Assembly: GCA_951406725.2 (NCBI GenBank)
Contig: OX597831.1
Location: forward strand, 15,748,001-15,812,000
DNA length: 64,000 nucleotides
Direction: 5' to 3'
From: Octopus vulgaris
Taxonomy: Eukaryota
Numbering within the stretch: position 1 is the stretch's first letter; every line of letters begins with the position of its first letter. This document shows positions 17,122 through 30,234 of this stretch, piece after piece. A program made the translations under genes and the position numbers. Below the pieces are notes generated by a model. The model ran no database searches, had not been told where the DNA came from, and saw only the letters and a program-made list of their open reading frames with translations.

Positions 17122-19336
17122 TATTTCAAAACATTTGCCATAAATGCAGTACACAGATTAAGTTAGCTTTGCGGGCTGGACGAGGACATTAATGAGGTGA
17201 ATGATAATGAAAGAAAGATGATAAGGATGGGAGAAGACAGAAAGCGCCCGCCGACTTTTGCTTCTCTAAAACATTGTTCTTTTTAAAAAGATAAACACAA
17301 AACGAGGTATTAAACCTCTTACAATTTTTCCAATTTTGGGCTTAGCAGTCCATTATTAATACAAAACGAGGTATTAATCCTCTTACAATTTTTCAATTTT
17401 TGGACTTAAGTCCATTACTAATGATACATATCGTCCTCGAAATAGCTTGTGCCCGCGCCCTCCACCATCAACCACGCCTCCCTCAGAACGTAGTCAATTT
17501 CCGAGTTTGCGTCGCCCGGGACCAAGTTATAATCTTCATTGAGCTCCTTTAGCCCTAGCGTCACGTCGAACGCCACGGCCTCCACAGCTACCTGCGGAGG
17601 CCATTCGGGGTCCTGTGTGAAGGCTAAAGGTGCTCCCTTGTAGTGCTCTTCCATCACTTTTTCAATTTCTCCTCCTCTATAGAAGAGGACCAATACATTC
17701 AGTTCTTTCGTTGGCGGCACAGTTTCCGCCAACGGTATTCCTTCTCTTGTCGGTGGCACAACCCCAACAGACGTAGTTCCGCGACATTCCGGTTTTTCTT
17801 CCTCTTTTTCTTTTTTTTTCCCTTTTCAACTGAGGGAGGGTGCGTCTCCTCCGTGGCTGGAAGATTCGCCCTCCTCTCCTCATCCCTATTATCCTTTGGT
17901 GAGCACCCATAGTTGCTCACCTTCCTCTTTCGGCCTCTGCTTGAGGAGTCCTCTGCTTTCTCGGCCGTTATCGTTCCATCTTCTAGAGGGGTTTTACTTA
18001 ACTGTTCCGGGATCCTATTTTGTTCCCGAGGACAGTTCTTCTTTATGTGGCCGGACTCCAAGCACCGATGACATTTAGGGGGGCGACCCTCAAGCATCAC
18101 CGGGTACCTGCACCCGGCCATTTTCAAAAAATCTGGAAAAACCAGATTGGCTGATTGGGTCCACAGGGTCAAAATTGCTTTCGAGCCAACCCAAGCAGCC
18201 GCAGGAAGAACTTTTACATTGAGGAGCTTAGTTTCGCTGTCACCCAGACCCCGGCGGATAGTCTCCTCTATCCACTCGGGTTCTATGTCGGGTGGCAGTC
18301 CGCAGATCCAAGCTTTCATCAATTTCTTGTTTTTGTACGTGGGCAGGTATAAGATTTCCTTACCCTCCAAGGGTTCGCTAGCAAATTTGCAAGCCTCTTC
18401 AGGGGTGTCAAACAGCAACCACACCGTTGCATATTTGACACCCCTGGAAATGAATTTAATTGTTGGCAAATACTCCTCCAACTCCTCCTCAATTGCCGTC
18501 TTTTCGAATAGGGCGATGGTGTCAAGTGCCTTGGAGTAGGTTCTCAACACCACCGTCCTATCTTCACGGTCCTTCAACCACTTTTTGGGTGGTATGATTT
18601 CCCACTCCAAAACTTTGTTATTTTTCATTGCCATGTTTTTTAAAAAATATATTCAAATTAAACTCAAAAGCAGGAAGAAAAAAGTTCAAAAGTCTAAATA
18701 AATTTGATAGATTTTTGAAAAAACAAAAAGGAGAAAGCACAACAGAAGGGAAGAAATTAACGGAAAGTCGCAATAAAGAAAACACAAAAGGGGGGGGGGG
18801 GTAAATGAAGTTCAAAAGAAAGTTAATAAACAGAAAAAACACAGCAAAAATATTCTGGCCTTGCGGTACTCCCGGCCTGGGTTGAACCTGGAACACCGCA
18901 ACTGCAACACAACCTCCACAAAAAGGTCCGAAATGTAATCCAATAGTGGCTTATTTTTATAATTTTCTTGCGTAGTACTCTGATAAGGGAATAAATTCAG
19001 GAAAATCAAACACAGCACTGGCTACTGCCAACGGTAATTTTAACAGTAACTGTATTGAATTCTGAGTATACGCCCCTCCACTGTTTTTTCTTTTTTTTTT
19101 TTTTTTCAATGAACACAAAAACGGCAGCCGCCTAGCGCAGGCGAAATTGTCTCAGAGTTGGACACAACCTACTGAAATAATAATTGGCACGCAATAAATT
19201 ATGCCCAACTCACAATAAACAAAATCACTTACCTCGACAACTTTCCGTTTTTGGTCTTTTTTCTTTAGTTGGACAGAGCTTGTTACTCACGTCCACTCTA
19301 GCTCAACAAGAAGCAACCGACTAACTGCGCATGTGC
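17122..19336 (-). mobile_element. Non-autonomous ORF1-only (HAL1-like) retroelement with 15-bp TSD, inserted in a SINE
   Basis: Direct repeat gttagcaagctactt at 17107-17121 and 19337-19351; one main ORF with a CCHC knuckle; no RT. Confidence 0.8.
17699..18634 (-). CDS. LINE ORF1/gag-like nucleic-acid-binding protein with CCHC zinc knuckle
   Basis: 311-aa ORF, PPKCHRCLESGHIKKNCP, basic C-terminus. Confidence 0.75.
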   Translation of the reverse strand: MAMKNNKVLEWEIIPPKKWLKDREDRTVVLRTYSKALDTIALFEKTAIEEELEEYLPTIKFISRGVKYATVWLLFDTPEEACKFASEPLEGKEILYLPTYKNKKLMKAWICGLPPDIEPEWIEETIRRGLGDSETKLLNVKVLPAAAWVGSKAILTLWTQSANLVFPDFLKMAGCRYPVMLEGRPPKCHRCLESGHIKKNCPREQNRIPEQLSKTPLEDGTITAEKAEDSSSRGRKRKVSNYGCSPKDNRDEERRANLPATEETHPPSVEKGKKKKKRKKNRNVAELRLLGLCHRQEKEYRWRKLCRQRKN

Positions 19337-19379
19337 GTTAGCAAGCTACTTACCACACAGCCACACCTCTTATATATTA

Positions 19380-19417
<38 letters not shown>

Positions 19418-19419
<2 letters not shown>

Positions 19420-19752
19420 GGCTCAGTGGTTAGAGCGTCGAGCTTACGATCGTGAGGTTGTGAGCTCGAATCCCGGACCGGGCTGCGTGTTGTGTTCTCG
19501 AGCAAGGCACTTTATTTCACGTTGCTCCAGTTCACTCAGCTGTAGAAATGAGTTGCGACGTCACTGGTGCCAAGCTGTATCGACCTTTGTCTTTCCCTTG
19601 GATAACACTGGTGGCGTGGAGAGGGGAGGCTGGTATGCATGGGCGACTGCTGGCCTTCCATAAACAACCTTGCCCGGACTTGTATCTAGGAAGGTAACTT
19701 TCTAGGTGCAATCCCATGGTCATTCATGACCGAAGGAGGTCTTTACCCCTTT
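19418..19752 (+). mobile_element. tRNA-derived SINE within (TTA)n
   Basis: TGGCTCAGTGG A-box, TCGAATCC B-box. Confidence 0.8.
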
Positions 19753-20167
19753 ATTATTATTATTAATATTATTATTATCATTATTATTATTATTATCATT
19801 ATTATCATTATTCTTATTATTAGTATCATCATCATCATTATTATTATTATTATTATTATTTGTAATATTACTAAATTTATTATCTTCATTAATTGAATTA
19901 AATTTTTTCTTGTTTCTATTTTTATTCATATTTTTATTATCTATTCCGGTATCAAATGCATTATTGACATCATCAAAATACCTATTATTATTGGGACGAT
20001 TGATACCTAAACAACATTTATCATAATTCAGATAATTAGGTTTATCATTATAAAAATTATTTATATTATACTCCTTCAAATTTTAATTATGTTTACACAC
20101 ACATCCAAACATATTAGCTGCTCGCCAAATCCCGATAGACTAACTTGGTAACCCAGTCTATGAAAGA

Positions 20168-20290
20168 GGCCGATAGAATAAGTACTAGGCTTACAAAGAA
20201 TAGGTCCTGGTGTCGATTTGCTCGACTAACGGCGGTGCCCCAGCATCGCCACAGTCAAATGACTGAAGCAAGTAAAAGAGTAAAATGAGT
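20168..20290 (+). mobile_element. SINE 3' fragment
   Basis: ccccagcat...cagtcaaatgactgaa tail; related copy on the minus strand at 27938-28125. Confidence 0.6.
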
Positions 20291-20514
20291 ATATATATAT
20301 AGTTATTACAAACATGAAAACACGAAGAGAAAACACAACAACGCGTGGACGTGGAACAAGTAGAGTGTTATTGGACGCTCAGAAAGAAGGAAAGAAGGAG
20401 AGCTTAACGTTTCGAGCGGAGCTCTTCAGAAACATAGGAAAAGGAAAGATCCAAAGAAAGGAAGACGGAGGAAATTAAATCACCAACGGTACACACGCGG
20501 TCACATTTTCAAAT

Positions 20515-20558
<44 letters not shown>

Positions 20559-20806
20559 GCATGGAGTTGAACGACTTGTTAACAAATTTCCTTTATTTTC
20601 GACATATGTTTCGAAGGCTACCCAGGTACCGGTTATCTTTCGAATCATCTTTAATAAGATAATTCATTCGACTACTCAAATATATATATATATATAATCT
20701 CGAAACGTAAAAAGAACTTTTACTATTCCTGAGTGTTATACTAATACATCTGTTTGTTTTGTACACCACCTGTCTTCGTCTTTTGTTTTTTGTCGTAAAC
20801 TCTCCC

Positions 20807-20861
<55 letters not shown>

Positions 20862-20863
<2 letters not shown>

Positions 20864-21246
20864 TAGCAGTATCGCCCGGCGTTGCTCAGGTTTGTAAGGG
20901 AAATAACTATAAAGCATTTTTAGAGAGTTATAGCCAAAAAATAGAAAAAAAATGGAAAAAAATGATGGTAAATTTTTTTTTGAGATTTAAAAAAGGTGGA
21001 GTTGCGTCCCCTAGACAGTTTGTGGTTCGTATTTCTGATTCTCGACCCCATGTCGAATTTATCGATTTTTTTCAGAACTGGGGGAACTTTTCAAAATTTT
21101 CGCTGCGTTAGTTTTGAATTATGACATTGGGCTATGTGTGTGTCAAGTTTCATCAGAATCGGTTGAACGCCGTGGTCAGGGTGAGAGTACAAGCAAACAG
21201 ACACACAGAAACACGCACAGACAAACTGCCGTTTATATATAGAGAT
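20862..21246 (-). mobile_element. Non-autonomous Helitron-like element
   Basis: Minus strand starts TC and ends with an imperfect GC-rich hairpin then CTAG; acag-rich subterminal repeats; sits in (TA)n. Confidence 0.55.
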
Positions 21247-21678
21247 ATATATATATATATATGCGTATATATTTGTTTTTTCTGTAAATTTTATCTATGG
21301 TTATTCTTGTGCTTGTGCGTATATACACGTATGTATGAACTTTTACGGTACGTGTGTGTGTGTATGAGTTTATATACATATGCGTATAAATTTGGCGAAA
21401 AATGCGAGTGAAGATGTCTACGTTTTCATAGTGACATATAAGTAGCCACGTGAGTCAGCGAGCGCATATGTTTAGCGTATGATTAGCCATGTTTACGTGT
21501 TTATTTTTAATTTCATATACTTGCAGAATTATAACACAGTAAATTCCCTTTATATAACGGTATTCTTTCATAGCGTTTTTTCCGATGGCCAAATACCTGA
21601 AGAGACGGTGTTGTGGTTTTTCACTTCGGCATCTGAAACTCAGAGTTTTATCTTGACTATTGAGTAATTGTAACATAT

Positions 21679-21729
<51 letters not shown>

Positions 21730-21837
21730 GTCATTTCTATGTAATCATTTAATATATGAATAAAGCTTCTGCATTTAAACAGCAGATGTAATTATTATGA
21801 ATAAAAGAAAAACAAGAAATTCAATATTGCAACTTAC

Positions 21838-21874
21838 CTACAAAGAGTAGACATACGAGGAATAAAATTTTCAT
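21838..21874 (-). CDS. Gene A exon 1: signal peptide MKILFLVCLLFV(G)
   Basis: ATG, then Lys plus hydrophobic core, phase-1 donor G|gtaagt; paralogous exon at 41811-41847. Confidence 0.8.
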
Positions 21875-22340
21875 GTCGTTTCTATCATGCGTTTAAACAA
21901 ACAAATGGTGCTATGACAATGAACACTGTTATATTGTTACATCTAATGACATTCAGTGTAACATATGCCAGGCACCAGTAAAACGAAATAGTGCAATTCA
22001 ATTCAGCCTGTCATATTAAATTACAGAGCGACAATAGTTCTTTCGTCTGAATATTTATTTGTCGAATAACGATGTATACGTGGATACAGAAATAAAAACC
22101 TACAGTTGAATATTTATTACTCTCTTTAGATAATTATATAACCTGTAGTCAATAAACTGAAGCATATCTTTCAGGAATACATATCCCCTATTGCTGCATT
22201 CGTGTTTTACATTGAAGTGCAACCATGCTGGGCACAATATTGAATATTTTATTAAAGAAATCGACCTCAGTACTAAATTTTAAAAACTTGTATTGTGTTT
22301 AGTGTATCTTCAACTATATACTCTTATTACTCAAACCTCT
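21875..22340 (-). promoter_or_regulatory. Putative 5' UTR/promoter region of gene A, homologous to 41848-42325 upstream of gene B
   Basis: Alignable non-repeat sequence upstream of both ATGs; TATATAA on the minus strand at 22140-22134; conserved ccac|gtat possible UTR donor near 22078. Confidence 0.4.
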
Positions 22341-22396
22341 TGCCGATCTAAAGAATCATAGCACAAATGAAGAAGTCAAACCCTGTTGCGACCATT

Positions 22397-22453
<57 letters not shown>

Positions 22454-22512
22454 TATTATTATTATTATCATTATTATTATCATCATTATTATTATTATTA
22501 TTATTATATTTA

Positions 22513-22592
<80 letters not shown>

Positions 22593-22756
22593 GTTATTAT
22601 TATTGGTATTCTTAAGTGCACATAGCAAATTTGCATATAGGGAACAGGCCTGCAAACAATAATCTCTAGCAATCTCCTTGCATCTACTTCCAGATATACA
22701 TGATTTAATGCCTTTCACACAAACATCGGATCTAACAAGTTGAAGTTAAAGCGCTG

Positions 22757-22790
22757 CTAACAATAGCGTCTAGCAATCTCCTTGCATCTA
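22757..22790 (-). CDS. Gene B terminal coding exon: RCKEIARRYC*
   Basis: Pyrimidine tract plus aag acceptor; peptide identical to gene C up to TAG. Confidence 0.75.
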
Positions 22791-22876
22791 CTTAAGAGTA
22801 GAAATGAAAATTAAATAAATTTGTCTCGACACAAATTTATTGGCTGATATTAAAAATATTAACATTCGATAGTTAC

Positions 22877-22906
22877 TCATTTTGCGATACTTTCATTCTC
22901 GTACAG
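22877..22906 (-). CDS. Gene B exon 5 (30 nt): CTRMKVSQN(D)
   Basis: ttcag acceptor, gtaact donor; only the phase-2 frame is open in both B and C. Confidence 0.75.
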   Translation of the reverse strand: MYENESIAK

Positions 22907-23512
22907 CTGAATTTGAGATTAAACAAGAGGAAAACATGTTACATGCTATATACTTCTTTATATATCATTACAATTATAGAATTATTTAATAATGCGGAAG
23001 TTCACTGCTCATATTCGGAATATTCGTCAGATTTCACCAGACCTGCAATGTGACAAAAATATGTTCAATAGAGTGGTTTTAGCAGAGGTAATCTTTTATT
23101 CTTTGAAATAAACATGTAATTATAAACGTAATTTTAAGGAAAACGTATGTTTAACTGATTTATGTGCGTGTTCTCGTGTTTTATCCTTCACCTCTTAAAA
23201 ACCGCTGTTTGTTTGATGACGTCTCCGTATCATTCTCCATTTGCGAAATGGCACCAATAGTATAAATACTGGAGTTGTTTTCTTGTACAGAACCCTTAAA
23301 TGTGGTGCTCTAACATGACCGCAGTCCTACGATAGAAACAAGCAATACTATGCTAAAGTTGCTGTACAGTTCTTTCTTATATATCTCTCGCATTTTATAT
23401 AGTCTACTTTGTGTATATCGCACCAAGATAATATTGGGAAGTGAGCGAAGGCATAAATGAATAATAAACTATAGTAAAATATATTTATTTACATTAAAAT
23501 TTCAATAATTAC

Positions 23513-23558
23513 CGAATGTTAAACTGCTTCCAGCAGCTTCAGTTTTCAGGTATTCTTG
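23513..23558 (-). pseudogene. Gene B exon 4 (46 nt, one extra base and in-frame TGA)
   Basis: tttcag/gtaatt sites retained; one base longer than the A/C exons; TTA>TGA upstream of SCWKQFNIR. Confidence 0.65.
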
Positions 23559-24052
23559 CTGAAACGAAAATTTGATATATTAGGATTCATATTAATACCC
23601 CCTATTTCAAGTTCATCTTACCTCCAACAACACTATTATGTATTCGATATAAGCTGATTGTATTTATGTGTTAAATTTTTACTACATGAAATATAATGAA
23701 GAATTGATGCAGATTTTTATCTATTTTGTTATCGCTATCGTCTCACTGAATTAACTAATGTGTCTCTTAGAATTAATTATGCAGAAACAGTCTACATTAA
23801 AATAATTAACTCACGTATGCATTTAGCAGTAAAGCGGTTGTGGAAATAGTGAGCACAGTCTACCCTCACTTCTAGCAGGCAATCATAATAATAAATCCAA
23901 CGTCTGTAATAGAAATAAAAGAAAACGATTTTAATTTCGGTTAAAAATAAATCATCAACATCATTGTCAAGAAATGGTGGAACATTACTTCTCGGACTAC
24001 GAGAGCTTACCATGTATACGGTTCTGAAATCGGTTCTTGGCAGAGTGCTTAC

Positions 24053-24076
24053 AAGTTCTTGCATATAAAGCATTTA
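24053..24076 (-). CDS. Gene B exon 3 (24 nt): KCFICKN
   Basis: cag acceptor, gtaagc donor, phase 2-2. Confidence 0.7.
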
Positions 24077-24879
24077 CTGATTTACATTGAATCGAATTCT
24101 CTTGTAGCCCAAATGTCTTCTGTTTCACGTGCAGTCTTTTAATGATTAGCCTAATTTGTAAACTTGAACACTTTCTATATTTGTCAGAGCACTTTTATTG
24201 ATTGTATCGGTACTGACTTTAAAAATCCAAAGAGATAACATACGGTACATGAGGGAAAGTAGTTTAGAATCATTTCTAAAGGCTATGATTTAATAGGTAT
24301 TAATCATAACTATACGTATCCGCCCATAAGCTTTGGTACGTAAACAACTTTGAATATTCAAAGTCATTCGTATATTTAAACGTTCGATGATCGGAAGGAT
24401 TTTTGAACCAACAGAACACATACATTTACGAACGGTATAGTTTACTTGTTTCAGTTATTTGACGGTGAGCATGCTGGGGCAACGCCTTGTAATTGAAGGA
24501 ATTGAAAATTGAAAGCCAAAGAGAAACTATCCCTTATATTCGCTAGATGAGTAGAATGGAGCTACTTGAAATTAAATGTCCTGTTCAAACACACAACGCC
24601 CTGCCATCAATGGCATTTTGAACCTTACGATTAGGAGCCTAGTATATTAACCAGTAAGCCATGCGCTTTTCTTAGTGCAATTCATACCGTAAATAAACAT
24701 TCACCCAGAAAAATACGATCATAGAAAAGTACAACTTCAATATAGAGACGATTGAATTGTCCATCAACAGGTTTTGTTTTGTTCCGTATGGTATCACCAA
24801 TGTGGTGATAATAAGTTATGTTATAAATAGTTAATTACAAACATCCTAGTTTTAATAGTAATATTAAAGGTAATAAGAA

Positions 24880-26030
24880 GCAGTTTTCTTTTTGCTGCTG
24901 TATAAACAGCTTCCAGGTATTGGTGTTCCACCCTATCAAAACATTTCGATTGATTCAAATTGGAAAGGGTCCGAGCCATTCCAGGTTCCTTACCAACACC
25001 CGCTATGACGTAGCGCGTGAGGTGAACTTTGTCGTGGAGAGAACTTCTTGGGTAGCACATGTCTGCGCGTCACTGATCAACTTACTGACAACAAATGTTA
25101 ACGTCTTTGCTAATACTGGCTAACTTTATAATCTACATACAGAAGAGTTATAGGCCTAAAATTATCAATTTAGTCCCGCTTATTCGGCTCCTTCCTCAGC
25201 ATCACAACCACTCCATGGCTTACAGCACTGGGAATTTTCCCGTTCTGCTGCCAGTTGTGGTAGATGTCAGCCAAGAGATTATCTAATATGTCTGGCATAT
25301 GAAAATAAAACTCGAAGGCCATTCCATCTCGCCAAGGAGACTTCTCTCTTGCGCAGCCCGTCATCGCGTCCCATATATCTTCGGGTGTTATCAGTACTTC
25401 TCAGAACACTGCATCCCTGGCTTAGAGGTGTGCCATGCTACTGAAATGAAATCCACTAACTTCCCAGAACCACCACCTGCTCCATAGAGTTCGGCGAAGT
25501 CCGTTGATATTCCGCACACTTTTGTTTGGTTATCATGAACCCTACACAGTTCACCATAGATTAAATTGTGGTTCTGTGTCTACGTAGCATCTCTGCAATC
25601 TGGGCCCATTGAACGACTTTGTGTCCCCTCCCGTCTCAGAGAATGTGCCCTTCCTTTAACAATGTAACCTTCTTGTTTCTCACTGAAGAATTGATCAAGT
25701 TTCACTGCAAAAATCGCCGGCCGCTCTTCCTTTCCTAAGTGCATTGTTTAGATCCCTATCTAGGTCTCTCTCCATCCTCGATTCCTCTAACGCTATTACA
25801 AAAATCTACCTTCTTTTAATGCTATCTATAACCAGTTGTTGACTATTCTGCTCGCCAAATCCCGATAGACTAATTTGGTAACCCAGTCTATGAAAGCTTG
25901 GCGCACAGGAATTCCACCTTTAGTCTCCAGTATCCGAGGCACTGTCTATGTATCTTATCAATGTCAACCGTACGGGTCAGAAATTTATGCTCCGTGTAGC
26001 CAACGAATTTGAAATGGGGATTAATTATAC
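24880..26030 (-). mobile_element. Same L1/Tx1-like remnant in intron 2 of gene B
   Basis: KSPWRDGMAFEFY, QSKCFDRVE; alignable with 1700-3090. Confidence 0.75.
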
Positions 26031-26301
26031 TACATCTTATTTTAGACCTACAATATACTTATTGTTAAATTTTTTTAATGTTTCACAATTTTCCTAGAAA
26101 ATATTCAGACAAAAGTGGTTATTTATCCCCCAAAAGAGGACTCTTTTCAATAAAAAAAACTAGCTCTCTATTTAGGCAGTCAGGTAGTAACAAAATTAAA
26201 CAATAAAACATAAGTCCGACTATTTGTGACAACGAAATTCCAAACCAATTCAGGAGCTTCAAAACGTGCAACGTACCGCGAGGAACAAAAACAACAAAAA
26301 C

Positions 26302-27505
<1,204 letters not shown>

Positions 27506-27533
27506 TAATAATAATAATAATAGCAATACGTAC

Positions 27534-27633
27534 ACGCATAGTCTACTGACTATTGGTGATGGATAGTTTGCTCTGGCTTTATTCTTGCAATACCCATAGG
27601 CCAGATTTTCACACATTTTTCGATTAACAGCAT
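27534..27633 (-). CDS. Gene B exon 2 (100 nt): (D)AVNRKMCENLAYGYCKNKARANYPSPIVSRLC(V)
   Basis: cttttag acceptor, gtacgt donor; paralogous to 5377-5476. Confidence 0.85.
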
Positions 27634-28189
27634 CTAAAAGATTTATTTATTTAATTATTAATAATTAGTGATACATATACTGGGTGTATAATCATTATAT
27701 TTAAAAATGAATGCTAAATAAAAGACAATAATACCGAAGAGTTAATATAGAGCTAAATTCGGATTCCCATGCTCTCACTAGGCAATTATAATATGTATTT
27801 CATTAATGATATCAATATTGTTCAGCTTCCGTTATAACTTCACATGTGACGATGTGGTACAATTGTTTGGTGATTCTTCACGACAAAATATTTACAATGT
27901 GAAAAGTTTGTCATATTCTTTTATTCTTATATTCTTATAGTTCTTTCAGTCATTTGACAGCGGCCATGCTGGGGCACCGGGTTTAGTCGAGGAAATCGAC
28001 CACAGGACGTATTCCTGGTAAGACTAGTGCTTATCCTATCGGTCTCTTTCGCAAAACCGCTATGTTACGGGGATTTAAACACACCACCATCGGTTCTCAA
28101 GCGATAGGAGGGGACAAATACAAGCACACAAACGAACACACTCACACACACACATGTACACACACACAAACACACACACAACACGCACA

Positions 28190-28242
<53 letters not shown>

Positions 28243-28246
28243 TATA

Positions 28247-28393
28247 GTGACGTATTTTTGCCATTTCAATATGGCTAACCCCTAAGGGTGGATGCTACTG
28301 TAGTTTTTAGCCCCAAGAGGACACACTCCTCCAGCTGGCCATAGACACACTATCTTAGGGGTTAGCCATATTGAAATGGCAAAAATACGTCAC
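28247..28393. repeat. Perfect 40-bp inverted repeat (MITE/foldback)
   Basis: 28247-28286 is the exact reverse complement of 28354-28393. Confidence 0.85.
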
Positions 28394-28438
28394 GATGTGT
28401 TACCGCTACTGTATATAACTCACTTTGATATTTATCAT

Positions 28439-28515
<77 letters not shown>

Positions 28516-28899
28516 ACGGGCTTGTTTCCGACTACCAAATTCCCTCACAAGGCTTATATATTTATACACACATGTTCACACGCACACATACGCATATGTT
28601 CATTAGCGGTCATAATATAAGGGTCAGTACGAACAGGAGAATCGAGATATTTATTATAGAAGGTGAACGAAACGATAAGACTAAATATTTTACACATAAT
28701 TAGACATGTCTAATATCTATCTTTGGTGAAAATATCAAATGAATGGAGTGCATATTTAATAAGTTATGGGGAAATAAACTAATAATCTCTCAAACTGCAA
28801 TGGCCAAAACTTAAGTGTCACTAAGAAAAAACAAAGAAAAAGGAACAAAACAAAAGTGAAACCTGTGCTATTCATATTTTTACCTCCCTTTACTATCAA

Positions 28900-29310
28900 T
28901 GACCACTTGACTTCATTTACAACATGACTGAATTAATTTATTGCAAAATGATGGAGTAGTATTGTTCCCTTCATGTTGCAATAATTCCCAGAGTTTATGT
29001 TAGGTGTTTGGATTTCTCATTTGCGCCCCATTTTCAGTAATCTTCCAAACGTATTCTATCGGATTGATAACGTGATTTTAAGGTGAATAGTCCATGAGAT
29101 CAACCCCTTTATCAATCAAAAACTCATTGACTCTCTTCAAAATATGACGGGGTGCGTTGTCCTGCACGAAAACATGAGGCTGAACAGACGAAGTTCGGAG
29201 ATGTTGAAGGGAATGATGTCTAAGAATATGCTTGTAGATTTCAGAATTGACAGTCTCTTGCCGGCGAATAAGTGAACAAGGACCAGCAACAGACATAACT
29301 TCCTAAAAAA
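28900..29310 (-). mobile_element. Tc1/mariner transposase remnant
   Basis: FVQDNAPRH followed by a degenerate NPIEYVW motif. Confidence 0.75.
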
Positions 29311-29942
29311 CTGTTTTGCGCGGTACGTTGGCATCGGACGTGGAGCTAAACTCACGGAATATCTCAGCTGCACTCTTAAAGCTATCATTCAGGGACATTG
29401 CAGGCATAGAACGATCCTGTCTTGGTGAACATTTATGAGGTCTTCGGACTTCGGGGTTTAGCATCTAATGATCTTGTTCACTTAAAATGAGGTACAGTTC
29501 GTTGCACAACACTTCTAGATATTCCTAAAGCAGTTTCAATGACACAATTATACTTGCCCTCTTGGTGAAAGCATGCAATACTTTGGCTTTTCAATACATG
29601 ACAGCGGTCGTCTCTTACATGCCGCCAAGTTGACAGTTGAATGCTCTAAAAATGAAATTTCTTGAGCAGTAACTATTAGCCTCTTTACAGACATCTGAAC
29701 AATAAATACCTGGATTAGGAGATCAGTTTTTGTAAATAGTTTTGACTCAAGACTATTGAAAAACTTGCAAGACGCAACGAACATTTCAGGAAAATAAAAA
29801 TAACAAATAAGTGGAAATTTTACCGGTGAGTGTGTTACATTATAAGGCACAAAACAAAAATGACTCTCCCCAGACATAACAGGATATGCTTCCACACACG
29901 AACTCATATAAAGAATCTTGAAAACCAAATCCAAAAATGATA

Positions 29943-30042
<100 letters not shown>

Positions 30043-30152
30043 GTTATTATTATTATTATTATTATGATTATTAATACTATTATTATTATTATTATTATTA
30101 CTATTATTATTATTATTAATACTATTCTTCTTCTTCTTATTATTATTATTAC

Positions 30153-30218
<66 letters not shown>

Positions 30219-30234
30219 CATCATCATTATTATG

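Noticed and set aside
19418-19490. tRNA-Val(TAC)-like sequence
   Set aside because: It is the head of a repeated SINE and lacks a proper acceptor stem.
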